From contig NIVC01004371.1 in assembly GCA_002269645.1 (NCBI GenBank), forward strand, positions 1-48,166: a stretch of DNA of 48,166 nucleotides. Direction: 5' to 3'. The stretch is from Macrostomum lignano. Its lineage: Eukaryota. The notes under the pieces are model-generated. The model had not been told where the DNA came from, searched no databases, and saw only the letters and a list, made by a program, of their open reading frames with translations. Position 1 is the stretch's first letter, and every line of letters begins with the position of its first letter. Below, piece after piece: positions 18,498 to 30,723 of this stretch. The position numbers were made by a program, and so were the translations under genes.

Positions 18498-21400
18498 ATG
18501 GCCGGTAACGGCAGCAGTTACGACAGAGCCGCGGTTGGCGACAGAAGTACATCAAAGGCCCCTCCGCCGTTGCCGCTGCCACCACCGCAGTATCAGCTGC
18601 AGCACCAGCAGCACCGAAAGCTGCCTGTGCCGCCGGCGCAGAGCCAGCTGCAGCAGCAGCGAATGCGGCAATATCTGGACTTGCAAAAGCAGAACATCCT
18701 AAATCAGCAAAAGCAACGACAGCAACAGCAAGGGCAAAAAAATCTTCCACACAGGAGCAGCAAAAAACAAGATCTTGAAAAGCGAAAGCAAGAGAATCTG
18801 CAAAAGCAGCAACAAGAGGATCTGCAGAAACAGCAGCAAGAGGATCTGCAAAAGAAGCGACAAGAGGATCTTCAAAAACAGCAGCAAGAGGATCTTCAGA
18901 AACAGCAGCAAGAGGATCTGCAAAAGCAACAAGAGGATCTTCAGAAACAGAAGCAAGAGGATCTTCAAAAACAGCAGCAAGAGGATCTTCAAAAACAGCA
19001 GCAAGAGGATCTTCAGAAACAGCAGCAAGAGGATCTGCAAAAGCAACAAGAGGATCTTCAAAAACAGAAGCAAGAGGATCTTCAAAAACAGCAAGAGGAT
19101 GTTCAAAAACAGCAGCAAGAGGATCTTCAGAGACAGCAAGAAGATCTGCAAAAACACCAGCAAGAGGATCTGCAAAAGCAGAAACAAGCGGATCTGCAAA
19201 AGCAGCAACAAGAAGATCTTCAAAAACACCAGCAAGAGGATCTGGAGAAGCAGCAACAAAAGGATCTGCAGAAACAGCAACAAGAGGATCTGCAAAAGCA
19301 GCAACAAGAAGATCCGCAGAAACAGCAGCAAGAGGATCAGCAAAAGCAGCAACAAGAAGATCTGCAAAAACACCAGCAAGAGGATCTGCAGAAGCAGCAA
19401 CAAAAGGATCTGCAGAAACAGCAACAAGAGGATCTGCAAAAGCAGCAACAAGAAGATCTGCAGAAACAGCAGCAAGAGGATCTGCAAAAGCAGCAACAAG
19501 AAGATCTGCAAAAACACCAGCAAGAGGATCTGCAAAAGCAGCAACAAGAAGATCTGCAAAAGCAGCAACAAGAAGATCTGCAAAAGCAGCAACAGGAGGA
19601 TCTACAAAATCAGCAGGAGGATCTGCCAAAGCAGCAGCAAAAGGAGGAGGAGCAGAAGCAACAGCAAAGCCAGCAGAGTCATCAGCAGGAGCAGAACAAT
19701 CAGCAAGAGCATCAACAGAAGCACTCATACCAGCCAATTCAGAATCAGCGACATCAACTGAATGAGCAGCAGCATATGCAACAGTGGCATTTGTGGGCAA
19801 GGTAATATTTGTGCACAATATTATAGTTCAGGTCTGAATCAGTAGGTTCTGTGCTTCTCTCACGGTTCATTTTCTGAGGAATCAAAGAACAGTCCTGCAA
19901 CCCGCATCCCGAGGGATGCAGGGATGCAGGAAGCTCGCGTAGAGCTCAAGAAGAAAATCTTGACTCCTACGATGAGCGCTGATGCTAGGCCAGGCTAGCT
20001 TTGGTTTGGTGCAATGCAATGTGTAAATTAAGTCAAATTCACTTTGCCTGCACCGAATTCTCATGCACCCTTAGGGACAAAGCCGACGCTACTCAAAGCT
20101 ACGATAGTCAGACTCAACCGCAGCAGCAGCAGGCGCCAAAAGACCTGACTCTGTACAGCATAAAGTTCGGCATCAACGTCCCCTACTCGGACGTGCGCCG
20201 GCTCGTGCAGACGGGAGCGCGGCTGCTGTACTCGCTGAAGGAATGCTCCAGAGCTGGCCGAGTCAACTGGAAGCTGCGAATGAGGCGATGTGACTCACCT
20301 GATAGCAACAGGTAAATGAGAGGAGATTTGAATCGGGGTACAGTGCATTGGCAACTAAATTACCGCCCATTGCTGCCCATTCAGCCGACTTCCCTAAGCA
20401 GACACACAAGTCAAACGCACAGCACACACTCACACAGGAGTGTACAGCAGCCCTAACTTTATTTATCCTCAGACATGTACACTTCACTTTGTCTTGAGGG
20501 TTGGCTCTCAAGGACGTTTAATTCCACGAGCAGATCCAAGCCGAGATTCCAATTAAGTCCCAAATTAATGTGACTGCACTTGGAATCGAGCCTGGGCCGC
20601 TGGCACACCAGACTATAAATTGATCTGCTTTAGGCTCGTAAAAATTAACCACGCTGACGTACGTGTCAAACAATGCTCCAAGCACAGCTTTCCCATGTTC
20701 TATTCCTATCCAATCAAGAAGCCAACCACCGTCCGGACGTGCTTCCGATCCCTACGTGTCGCTTTACCTCAAGTTCGAGCCGCAGACGTTAGCCGAGTCG
20801 GCCAGCTGCTCTGTCGAATTCGCAGTCCGCCTCGCCGGCCCCAGCGGTCGGAGCGTTGAGCGTCGCAGCGCCGGCCGTCGCCAGTTTGACCAGCGCGACA
20901 GTTGCCGCGGCTGGGCGCGCTTCGCCAGAGCTTCGGAGCTCGAGGCGCTCGCCTTTTCAATCAACGGCGTCAAACACTTGAAGCTCAGCGGCGTCCTGCA
21001 GGTGTTCGACGCGTCGCAATTTCTGTACCCAGAGCGGCGGCACAATTTCGCCAGGTGTCAGCTGGGCGCCGACTTCCGCTTGCGCGTACAGCTGGCCACC
21101 TTTCACGTGCACCGGGCGGTGCTGGCGCTCAACTCTGACTACTTTGCCGCCCTGCTGGCCAGGCCGGACAGCCTGGAGTCCCGGCAGGGCCAGGTCGTGC
21201 TCAGCGAAGACCGGATTCAGGTGAGATGTCTCAGAGTGTACAACACCGTGTTCAGTGTCTCTCAGGTAGATAGAGTTCCAGAACTTCAGTTCAAACTGTA
21301 AACCGGCGCCCAACAACCTCAGGACGTGCACCTGATGCTGCAGTTCATGTATCCGGGATACGCAGACGTTCTGGACGACGAAACTTTAAAGCCGCTGAGT

Positions 21401-22687
21401 CGTTTAGCAGCCAAGTACCAGGTGCACAGCCTTGCATGGAGCTGTATGCAGTACATTGACAGGTAATTCCCAATTTTTTTACAATTATTAAGCTTACATG
21501 TACAGATAAGATTGCCCGTGGAGTGATAGATTTTATACCTTAAAGCTTCCATCCTATTCTAAATTCTCTGTCAATCAATGCGTGCGCTCCAGCGAGAAAA
21601 GCTGAGGACACGACCCCTGCCCAAGGTTCACTAGAAGTTGCCATAGGGGTCAGACGTTCTGCATACAGTTGTCATACAACAGCACCTTCTAGTGGTCCTT
21701 TCCCTTGCCTTAGCCAATAAGAAGCGTTAATGTACAAGGGAAAGAATTTAAATGCAAAACTTTTGGTCCTGACAGCCGAGGACCAAGGCCGAACCTTAAA
21801 ACCTTAATCCCTGACAAAATCCTTGTATCTTGTACGAGTTAACCGTTCAATATAGTGATTGTAAGCACCAAATACATCTATAGAGGGTTGTAAAGTTACG
21901 ACGCTACATTTGTGATTGCATCACCAGGAAAAGTTAGCAGAACTACGTCTTACTTCAAGTGCTTTAGTTACTAGTACACTCTTGACTCTGTAAGGAAGTG
22001 GGAGTCTTTTTTTTAATATGCTTCGCTTTTATAATAAAAAGCACAATTTTTGGCTCCTACGGTAACTTTTGAAGGACACATGGATGAAGCACACAAGCGG
22101 CTGACGCACCCCAATCGCATTGAATTAATTTACAGTCCTGAAAATTAGTTACGCAATGAAGTAAACTCAACCAACGGCTAGCAGAAGCTCTGTGCTTCTC
22201 TTGTAGACATTAGTTAGAGAGGATATCCTTTTGCATTTATGGAAATATATCGATCGTCTCACACAGAGAATACCCGTTCTAATCCCCGCTACTCAGCAAG
22301 CTAGGCGAGCACCCGGCCCCAGACGCGGAACGGATTGCACTCTACTACTTTGTGTGCCAAGAGTCGCTGCAGTGTCCGGATCTGGCCGAGCAGTGTGTCC
22401 GAATAGCGGCCAGCCTGCCCTGGCGCGGTGGCCTACGCGAAGCGCGCCACTTCCGAGAGCTCGACGAGACGCGCAAGGCAGCCTTCTTGCAGGCCTATCT
22501 CGACTTCAAGGACGAGATGCAGTTTTCGACACCTGGTTCAGAACAGCTTCCAACAATGCCACCGCCACCGCCTCCGCCGACATCGGCTGTAGCTAAGAAC
22601 GCCTCCCAAAAAGCGGGCGATGATAATTCACTGTCGTCGGACACCGGGCTACCCGCAGAGGATGACGAAGGAAGTCAAACCGAGTAG
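18498..22687 (+). CDS. MATH-BTB (SPOP-like) protein with N-terminal Gln-rich coiled-coil repeat; exons 18498-19801, 20075-20311, 20719-21220, 21323-21462, 22297-22687 (857 aa)
   Basis: All GT-AG junctions are phase-compatible and total 2574 nt. MATH: NWKLRM..YVSLYL..CSVEFAVRL..GWARF. BTB: ADFRLRV..FHVHRAVLALNSDYF..DVHLMLQFMY..LAAKYQV. The exon 3 acceptor (AAG) is weak. Confidence 0.8.
18790..19625 (+). repeat. Coding 21/24-bp tandem repeat encoding (QQQEDLQK)n
   Basis: In-frame repeats in exon 1. Confidence 0.95.
20469..20596 (-). mobile_element. Degenerate tRNA-derived SINE (family 2), copy 1
   Basis: Minus strand CCCAGGCTCGATTCC (B box) ... GAGAGCCAACCCTCAAG..GTGTACATGTCTGA, shared with about 42195-42335 and 44940-45005. 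Confidence 0.5.
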
Positions 22688-22734
22688 TGCCCATGGCAGT
22701 GGCAGATCCGGAAATCCGCTAAAATTAAGAAAGT

Positions 22735-23310
22735 GGAAAGGATAGCGACGTCCCAGAGAAGAACCATGGGGAGGATAGCGACGTCCCAGAGAAGAACCAT
22801 GGGGAGGATAGCGACGTCCCAGCAAACCATGGGGGGGGGTAGCGACGTTCCAGAGAAGAACCATGGGGAGGATAGCGACGTCCCAGCAAACAATGGGGGG
22901 GTAGCGACGTCCCAGAGAAGAACCATGGGGAGGATAGCGACGTCCCAGCAAACCATGGGGGGGGGGGTAGCGACGTCCCAGAGAAGAACCATGGGGAGGA
23001 TAGCGACGTCCCAGCAAACCATGGGGGGGCGACGTCCCAGAGAAGAACCATGGGGAGGATAGCGACGTCCCAGTGGGGGGGGGGGTAGCGACGTCCCAGA
23101 GAAGAACCATGGGGAGGATAGCGACGTCCCAGCAAAGAAACTGGATAGCGACGTCCATGAGAAGAACCATGGGGAGGATAGCGACGTTCCAGAGAACCAA
23201 TGGAGGACAGCGACGTTCCAGAGAACCATGGGGAGGATAGCGACGTTCCAGAGAACCATGGGGAAGATAGCGACGTCACTGAGAACCATTATGATAATGA
23301 CGACGTCCCA
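22735..23310 (+). repeat. ~33-bp minisatellite (GATAGCGACGTCCCAGAGAAGAACCATGGGGAG) with variable poly-G
   Basis: About 17 visible units just downstream of the MATH-BTB stop codon. Confidence 0.93.
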
Positions 23311-24551
23311 TAGACGTATTAAAAAGTAGAAAGCAGAAGTTGGTGAAAGATAGTCATACGCGCACGTAGCAACCGCTTTTGGGAGCCGACAATGAATCCA
23401 CCTGGATCCGCCACTTTCCGACTGCAGCAACTCAGAATGAGACAAGATCAAGCAAGATTTAAGTCGATGCGTCATTTCTGATCTCCCGATTATTCTCTTA
23501 CGAGTACTGTATAAATTGGACATCTTTACAAATCTATATAGAATCAGAAGTCCTAAGTACATGTACCTAATCCTACATCTGCTCGTTATTAAAATCTTAT
23601 CTCGTAGACGCTGTTTAATTTTTGCTTCATTTACTGGTAGCTATTAATACTTGTAATTACCGAATGCATTCATAATCATGTAAAAGATTGATTATTGCTT
23701 ATTTCATGCCTAAATTATACAATAAAAACCGACATTGAAACACACGATACGAGACCACATTGCGCTGATAATGAGTGTAGCTCGTATGCTTCTATTGCTG
23801 ACTTTATTCACTATGATTCGACACTTTATAAAACAGATGTCTGGGGGTCATCCTTGACCATCGCAACTCTCGGCGCTACCTGAGACCCTCACCCACTGCC
23901 ACCTCTGGTGGATTTACACAGCCATTGTGAAACCGGAAATGTCAGTTAAATTTGAAGCAGCGCGAGGCCTGCTGACCCTCTCGGACAGATTTATCCAACG
24001 TTTTCAGGCCCGGAAATTTCTGAAAGCTCGCCCGCTATTTAAGGGCTACCGGGCGAGCGACCATCTATGGGCATCGACGCCTCCCCGCAGCATCCGGATG
24101 CCCGGAACCCCCTGCAGCTGAATCGCTGAATAAAATAATTTTCAACTCTAAAAATGAGCCACAGATTTACATCATTATATATCGAAAAACAAAGATAGCC
24201 TTCAGGCTAAAAGTAAAATTTGTGTATTGTTGCACAAGCAGAAGACATCAGCAATCGTGTTGGATATGCCAAATTTTTAATAGAAATAAATGTGAAAATT
24301 TACACGTACTCAAAGGCTTATGTGCCAATATTTACATTAATTTGCAGTAATCATAATTTTGTTAGCAGAAAAAAGAACAGATGCCATAGAAAAATAGAAA
24401 ATGCAACAAGCGAACTCAAGCGAACCAGGGCGCCAGGGGAAGGGTGTACAATGCTTGGATTCTGAATAGAATTAGTCACACAATTAAATACGGAGCCAGC
24501 TGTTAAAGCCCAGCTGTCACAAAGAGATAAAAGTAGTTTCTCAAGTCTCAG

Positions 24552-25010
24552 TTATTTATTGCCACCGTCAGTAAGGCGTTTCGAACGACATCGCTTCAGC
24601 CTGGACAGGAGCTGTTTCCCCCGGTGCTGCTGCTGACGTGGCCGAAGCCGCTTCAATGCGCTTGGCGGCTGCGGATTGAATACGTTCAGCTGCGACTGGG
24701 ACTGCAGCACCGCCGTCGGGGCAACGCCAGCGACTTCTTGAACTGACCCAGGCTGCTTCGGTGGTGACGGCTGCAGCGGTTTTGGGCTTAACGATTTTCT
24801 ATTTTGATCTTCAGATTGATCGATTTTTCGATAGGCGACCAGCACTACAGGCGAAGACTGGCCGTTAGCTTTCTGCATTGGCTGCGCTGCCTCAATGCGC
24901 AGCTTCTCTTTTCGACTTCGCCTTTGCCGCTGCTGCCGCTTCTTCTTTTGCTTTGATTTTGGTGCCGACGCCGCCTCCGCATAGCGGGCGCAACAGTTGG
25001 CGTCGCTTGA
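24552..25010 (-). other. Possible orphan terminal exon (basic, Gln/Pro-rich)
   Basis: GC-rich island with a TTATGTTGCAG acceptor at 25011 and an open frame to 24552. No recognisable domain and no upstream exon found. Confidence 0.3.
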
Positions 25011-25029
25011 CTGCAACATAATCAAGTAA

Positions 25030-26195
25030 GATTGGTTCTAAGAAAGGAAACTACTCTACACTATTTTTAAGAATTCTGGTAGCGATTGGTGTTTCTAAGA
25101 AAGAAAAAAACTCTACGCAGTTTCTAAGAATCACAGTAGCGATTGGCGTTTCAAAAAAAGTAAATGTTACTCTGTTTCTATGAAAGAATCATGGTAGCGA
25201 TTGGTGTTTCTAAGAAAGGAAAAACTTTACACGGTTTCTAAGAAAAGAAATACTCCACACCGTTTCTCAGAAGAAATCATGGTAGCGATCGGCGTCTGTA
25301 AAAAAGGAAAAACTCCACTGTATCAAAGAAAGAATCCTGGTAGCGATTGGCGTTTTTTAAGAAAGAATCCTATTAGCGATTGGCGTTTCTAAGAAAGAAT
25401 CCTGTTAGCGATTGGCGTTTCTAAGAAAGAATCCTGTTAGCGATTGGCGTTTCTAAGAAAGAATCCGGTTAGCGATTGGCGTTTCTAAGAAATAATCCTG
25501 TTAGCGATTGGCGTTTCTAAGAAAGAATCCTGTTAGCGACTGGCGTTTCTAAGAAAGAATCCTGTTAGCGATTGGCGTTTCTAAGAAAGAATCCTGTTAG
25601 CGATTGGCGTTTCTAAGAAAGAATCCTGTTAGCGATTGGCGTTTCTAAGAAAGAATCCTGTTAGCGATTGGCGTTTCTAAGAAAGAATCCTGTTAGCGAT
25701 TGGCGTTTCTAAGAAAGAATCCTGTTAGCGATTGGCGTTTCTAAGAAAGAATCCTGTTAGCGATTGGCGTTTCTAAGAAAGAATCCTGTTAGCGATTGGC
25801 GTTTCTAAGAAAGAATCCTGTTAGCGATTGGCGTTTCTAAGAAAGAATCCTGTTAGCGATTGGCGTTTCTAAGAAAGAATCCTGTTAGCGATTGGCGTTT
25901 CTAAGAAAGAATCCTGTTAGCGATTGGCGTTTCTAAAAAAGAATCCTGTTAGCGATTGGCGTTTCTAAGAAAGAATCCTGTTCGCGATTGGCGTTTCTAA
26001 GAAAGAATCCTGTTCGCGATTGGCGTTTCTAAGAAAGAATCCTGTTCGCGATTGGCGTTTCTAAGAAAGAATCCTGTTAGCGATTGGCGTTTCTAAGAAA
26101 GAATCCTGTTCGCGATTGGCGTTTCTAAGAAAGAATCCTGTTCGCGATTGGCGTTTCTAAGAAAGAATCCTGTTAGCGATTGGCGTTTCTAAGAA
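25030..26195 (+). repeat. 32-bp satellite (TGGCGTTTCTAAGAAAGAATCCTGTTAGCGAT), about 26 near-perfect copies with a degenerate 5' zone
   Basis: Directly visible array at 25365-26193; older diverged units at 25030-25365. Confidence 0.97.
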
Positions 26196-26712
26196 CTGCC
26201 TTAGAACTGCCTACCTACATTGTTCAAGTTATAAGCAAATAAATAATTAAATTCCATAGCCAGAATATGCCAATCAACTGACTTAAAAAAATCAATGCAA
26301 ACAAACAGGGATTGTATTGTTGAATAATAAATTAATATTGCGCAATATCTTTCACTAATACACACACAAACCCGCGATACAAGTTTAAACAAAAAACCAA
26401 TAAAGACAGACTAAAACCGCACTATACAGTGCAATGCACAAGAATTATTATAGGTACAAAAATTATTATTCAACGAAGCGGAACAGACAAATACGGAAGA
26501 AATTCGAGCCTGGGACTGACTTATAAACAGTTTTAGGAATGAAAACATAACACATACTGACAACAATAGCAACAATAACACTAAGCTTTGCTTTCACTTT
26601 AATATATCGCATCATTCGCAAACCCCTGGAAAGCAGAGAAGCAGTTTTACCAAGCCAATCAATGCACTGTATTGATTAATTAGCAGTCTAAAGACCACTG
26701 CGGCACTGAAAG

Positions 26713-28124
26713 CTACGCATTGGCCTCCTCGCAGGCGTCAACCCAGTCGCCGTAGACGTCTATAGGCTCGGACAGGTAGTTAATGTTGGTCTGGAAGTCT
26801 TCCAGACAGACCCGGCAAGAGATTGAGCCGACGCCGGCTGCTCGATTCCTGATGATGATTTTGGGCCAGAATTGAAGCTTTTTCATGGTGGCTGGTTTAG
26901 CAAGCTTTTAAAATGGGAATTATGATGTTACAATCCATAGTTCAATGATTAGAGATCTCAGGTATCAGGAACGCGAAATGCGTTGTAGGAAAATTCACGT
27001 ATGAAACGTGAAAGCTGCTCATGAGATCTCGCATGAGAAACGAGAAGTACACTTGTGAGATCTCACACAAGAAACGGGAAATATCATACACCCAAGAGAT
27101 CTCAGATGAGAAACGTGAAATACAGCCCATAAGATCTCAATGAAAAGCATAAAACACCCATTAGATCTCACTTGAGAAACGTGAAATACACCCATGAGAT
27201 CTCACTCACATAAGAAACGTGAGATACCACACACTGCCATTAGAAACGTCAATACCACACACCCAAGAGATCTCACATGAGAAACGTGAAATACACCCAT
27301 GAGATCTCACTCACATAAGAAACGTGAAATACCACACACCTAAGAGATCTCACGTGAGAAACGTGAAATAAACCCATGAGATCTTTAGTGATCTTAGCTC
27401 GTACATGAGAAACGTGAAATACACCCAAGAGATCTCACTCACATAAGAAACGTGAAATACCACACACTGCCATTAGAAACGTGAATACCACACACCCAAG
27501 AGATCTCACATGAGAAACGTGAACTACACCCATGAGATCTCACTCACATAAGAAACGTGAAATACCACACACCTAAGAGATCTCACATGAGAAACGTGAA
27601 ATAAACCCATGAGATCTTACATGAGAAACGTGAAATGAACCCATGAGATCTCACTCACATAAGAAACGTGAGATACCACACACTGCCATTAGAAACGTCA
27701 ATACCACACACCCAAGAGATCTCACATGAGAAACGTGAAATACACCCATGAGATCTCACTCACATAAGAAACGTGAAATACCACACACCTAAGAGATCTC
27801 ACATGAGAAACGTGAAATACACCCATGAGATCTTACATGAGAAACGTGAAGTACACATGTGAGATCACACAAGAAACGGGAAATATCATACACCCATGAG
27901 ATCTCACATGAGACACGTGAGACACAACCGTAAGAGTTCAATGAGATCAAAGTGCAAAGCGCAATGCAAAGGGGTCTTTAAAGTGCACATTCAGGTACAC
28001 ACACTTACATCTTGACTTCGCAAGATTTCTCGTGATTGCAGAATGGACAATTGAACTGCATGTCCAGCGGCATAATGGCCTTCTGCTTTGGCGGCGGCTT
28101 CCTAGCCTTCCTTCGGCGGCCCAT
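26713..28124 (-). CDS. ELOF1: Transcription elongation factor 1 homolog (Elf1/ELOF1), exons 28124-28009 and 26848-26713, 83 aa
   Basis: [32 protein letters not shown]|[44 protein letters not shown]; canonical GTAAGT/CAG splice sites, phase 2. Confidence 0.97.
26950..27930 (+). repeat. Complex higher-order satellite built on GAGATCTCACATGAGAAACGTGAAATACACCCAT (~34 bp), inside the ELOF1 intron
   Basis: Variant monomers recur with a period of about 216-233 bp. Confidence 0.9.
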
Positions 28125-30489
28125 TTTAAGTAGTTTAGACTTGCAGCTGGAGTAGAAAAAATGCAATAAAAGGGCAATGAGTATAAAAGTAAGCACAAGT
28201 TTCACAGATTACTGCACTTGAAGTGAAATTGTCTACTGCCTATGAAATTCTGAGCACCTTTGAGCAATTGGCTTACGCCTTCATCTTGCTATGTTACTAA
28301 ATTGCTTTTTTGTCATTCTAGCTTTGAATAAATTCTCAAAGTCCGCGGACGCGCGCCAAGAATCACACACTTTGCGCGCCGAGCATAGCAGATCTAGGGG
28401 CAAGCGGGTAGACAGCGGGAGTAACCATGACTGAGTTGTCTTGTCAGCGAATAAGTAGTTTAATTCTGCACTGTTTGTCTAGTTTTATTAAATAAACTAT
28501 GACCAACGGCAACTTGTCTAAGCTGTCTATCTCATTGTCTTGTAACTTATTAATTCAGCCAACAAGCAGCTTACTTTTTTTCACTTAGCAGAAACTTGCA
28601 GTTGCAGAAAATTTGCAACACTTTGCATGCCTCCTCACCTTGGCCTGTAGATTGGCTACAATTATTAAAATGTTATTCAATCTAAACTGGCTGTGACAAA
28701 TTGGCAGCTTTTTAATGCTGTGCAAGTGATAAAGGACTTGGGCAATTTGACATAGCCAGAGGGACAGCACAAGCAAGTTACCCTTTAACATTGTCATATC
28801 TATGTGGCACCCTCTAAGTGTATGCTTCCCCTCTGCCTCTAGTGCACCACCCCTGTGGCATGCCACCTCTTTGCCCTTCTGGCATGCAGCCCCTTAGCCC
28901 CTTTGGTGCCAACACTTTTTAAAGCATGCTAGATAGCCATTAATAAAAGTGTCACTTTTTAATTATGCTCAAGAAACAATCTTTGTAATTAGGCAACTAG
29001 TTTGATTAGTTATAGCAATTTTAATTAATTAAAAATCCTAAGCTTACTAAATAAATTTAATTGCAATAAATTTAAATTTAGCCTAGCTTGCTACTTTTGT
29101 GACATTGTATTTAGTATTCTTATCTTAGATATAATTTTTATAAAGTTAAAAAAGTATATATTATGGCATTGCTTTGCTCTGATTGTTGATATAAAGGCTA
29201 GACTTGAGTTTTTTTGTATAATCTATAGAAAAATGTCTAAAATCTATAAAAACTTCTTTTAATAATAAGCTATTTGATATTGATTGGGACTCTATGCCTT
29301 TAGAATGACTAGGCCCTAACTGATATTTGGCTAGTGTGCTAGTTTATATTCAATAATTTTTATTTTTCAAACTATAGATTATTTATATTATAATTCTAAT
29401 GTTAGGTAATTGTAAAATAAAATGGATAGGCCTAGGCCTATTTCTTTTAATTTTATCTTATAATCACCTATATATTATTTCTCCTAGGCCTTACTTAAAT
29501 TATTATATAACAAAAGTGAATAGGCCCTATATAACCTTTGTTATTAGTTTTGCTATGATTAATACTAATTCATATTAGATATGAATTTTGAAATGCTAAT
29601 ATATAAGAATTAAATATAGGTAATTTATATAATATCTTTTGATAAACAATTTCACTTTTGTCATTAATTTTCAACAAGGATTATAATAACAAAACTTAGT
29701 AAAATCAAGATTATAAGTAGTCACATAGCCAGAATTTTTTATAGAGAGATACAACTAGTTTTAGTAAGACTATTGCTTTTTATTAGTATTGTATAAGGTA
29801 GGCCTAACTTTTATAAAAATTGTATGAACTATCGACTATACCCATAGCTAGCATAGCCTTATAGCCATAGGAGAGATACATCTCCTTATTCCCCTTTGCC
29901 TAGCCTTTCCCTTATACCACTGATTATAAATTGAAAGAATACTTTATTTATTCTTATTTGAATTAACTATTGCTAGGGCCTACTACTAGCCTATTGATAT
30001 TGAATAAGTTTTTCTAATTCTATCTTTCTAAATTAACAGGCCTAGGCTTATATATTGTCTAGGCCTATAATATAAGAATCCTCCTAATCTAACCATTTAT
30101 TTACATTTGCAGATAAACCATTAAGACATAAATTTAAATTGCATCTTAGTTTAGAATCTAGACATAACATTTCTTCTTAGTTAGGGCCTTTTCATATTGC
30201 TTGTTCTAGTTCTAGAACTAGGGGCCTAGATCTAATTTGTGAAGTAAAATTTTGTCTCCTAGGCCTAAAGTAGGAGAGATAATGGATATATAAGCTATAA
30301 TAATAAAGTTATAGCAATCTTCCAGTTTGTTTCGCAATATTATGTTTGAGTTTGAAATGATATGTCAACATAATGACACACTAGAAAACGATACCTATGG
30401 CCAAAAGGGATACAAAATAGAGTCTAATGAATAACAGTAACAATTAAGGGGTAGGCCTAGAAAACAAAGTTACAAAGGATAATAATGCA

Positions 30490-30723
30490 CTACGCTACCC
30501 AATACAACACAGCGCCAAATGCTGCGCTAGGATATAGGCAATGCCATAGAAACTCCTCAAGATATAGTTCAAAGAGGGCATTGGATATACTATGCATATT
30601 ATAGAACTTTAGCTTAACTAGTGCCCACAATCCTTCTATTGTGTTGGTATGTACTGTGGCATCGTAGGGGTTGACAAAATGGAGCCGATGATTCATGATG
30701 GTGTGGTTGGCAATTTTGGCCAT
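30490..30723 (-). pseudogene. Merlin/IS1595 (ISXO2-like) transposase fragment
   Basis: H..MNH..HFVNP....HTNTIEGLWALVK...LYLEEFLW C-terminal signature. Confidence 0.75.

Noticed and set aside
18493-19818. Long Leu-rich and Ala/Asp-rich antisense or alternative-frame ORFs
   Set aside because: Shadows of the coding QQQEDLQK repeat.
22649-23562. Several 100-300-aa ORFs
   Set aside because: Products of the 33-bp minisatellite.
23925-24150. Possible solo LTR (TG start, TATTTAA, AATAAA, CA)
   Set aside because: No TSD or second copy found.
25365-26193. CRISPR-like regular 32-bp repeats (also the arrays at 17153, 22735, 26950 and 43430)
   Set aside because: No unique spacers, no cas genes and a eukaryotic context; they are tandem satellites.
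26713-28124. Functional link between host ELOF1 and the viral TBP/PC4
   Set aside because: ELOF1 is an ordinary intron-containing host gene about 10 kb outside the TIRs; proximity is most likely chance.
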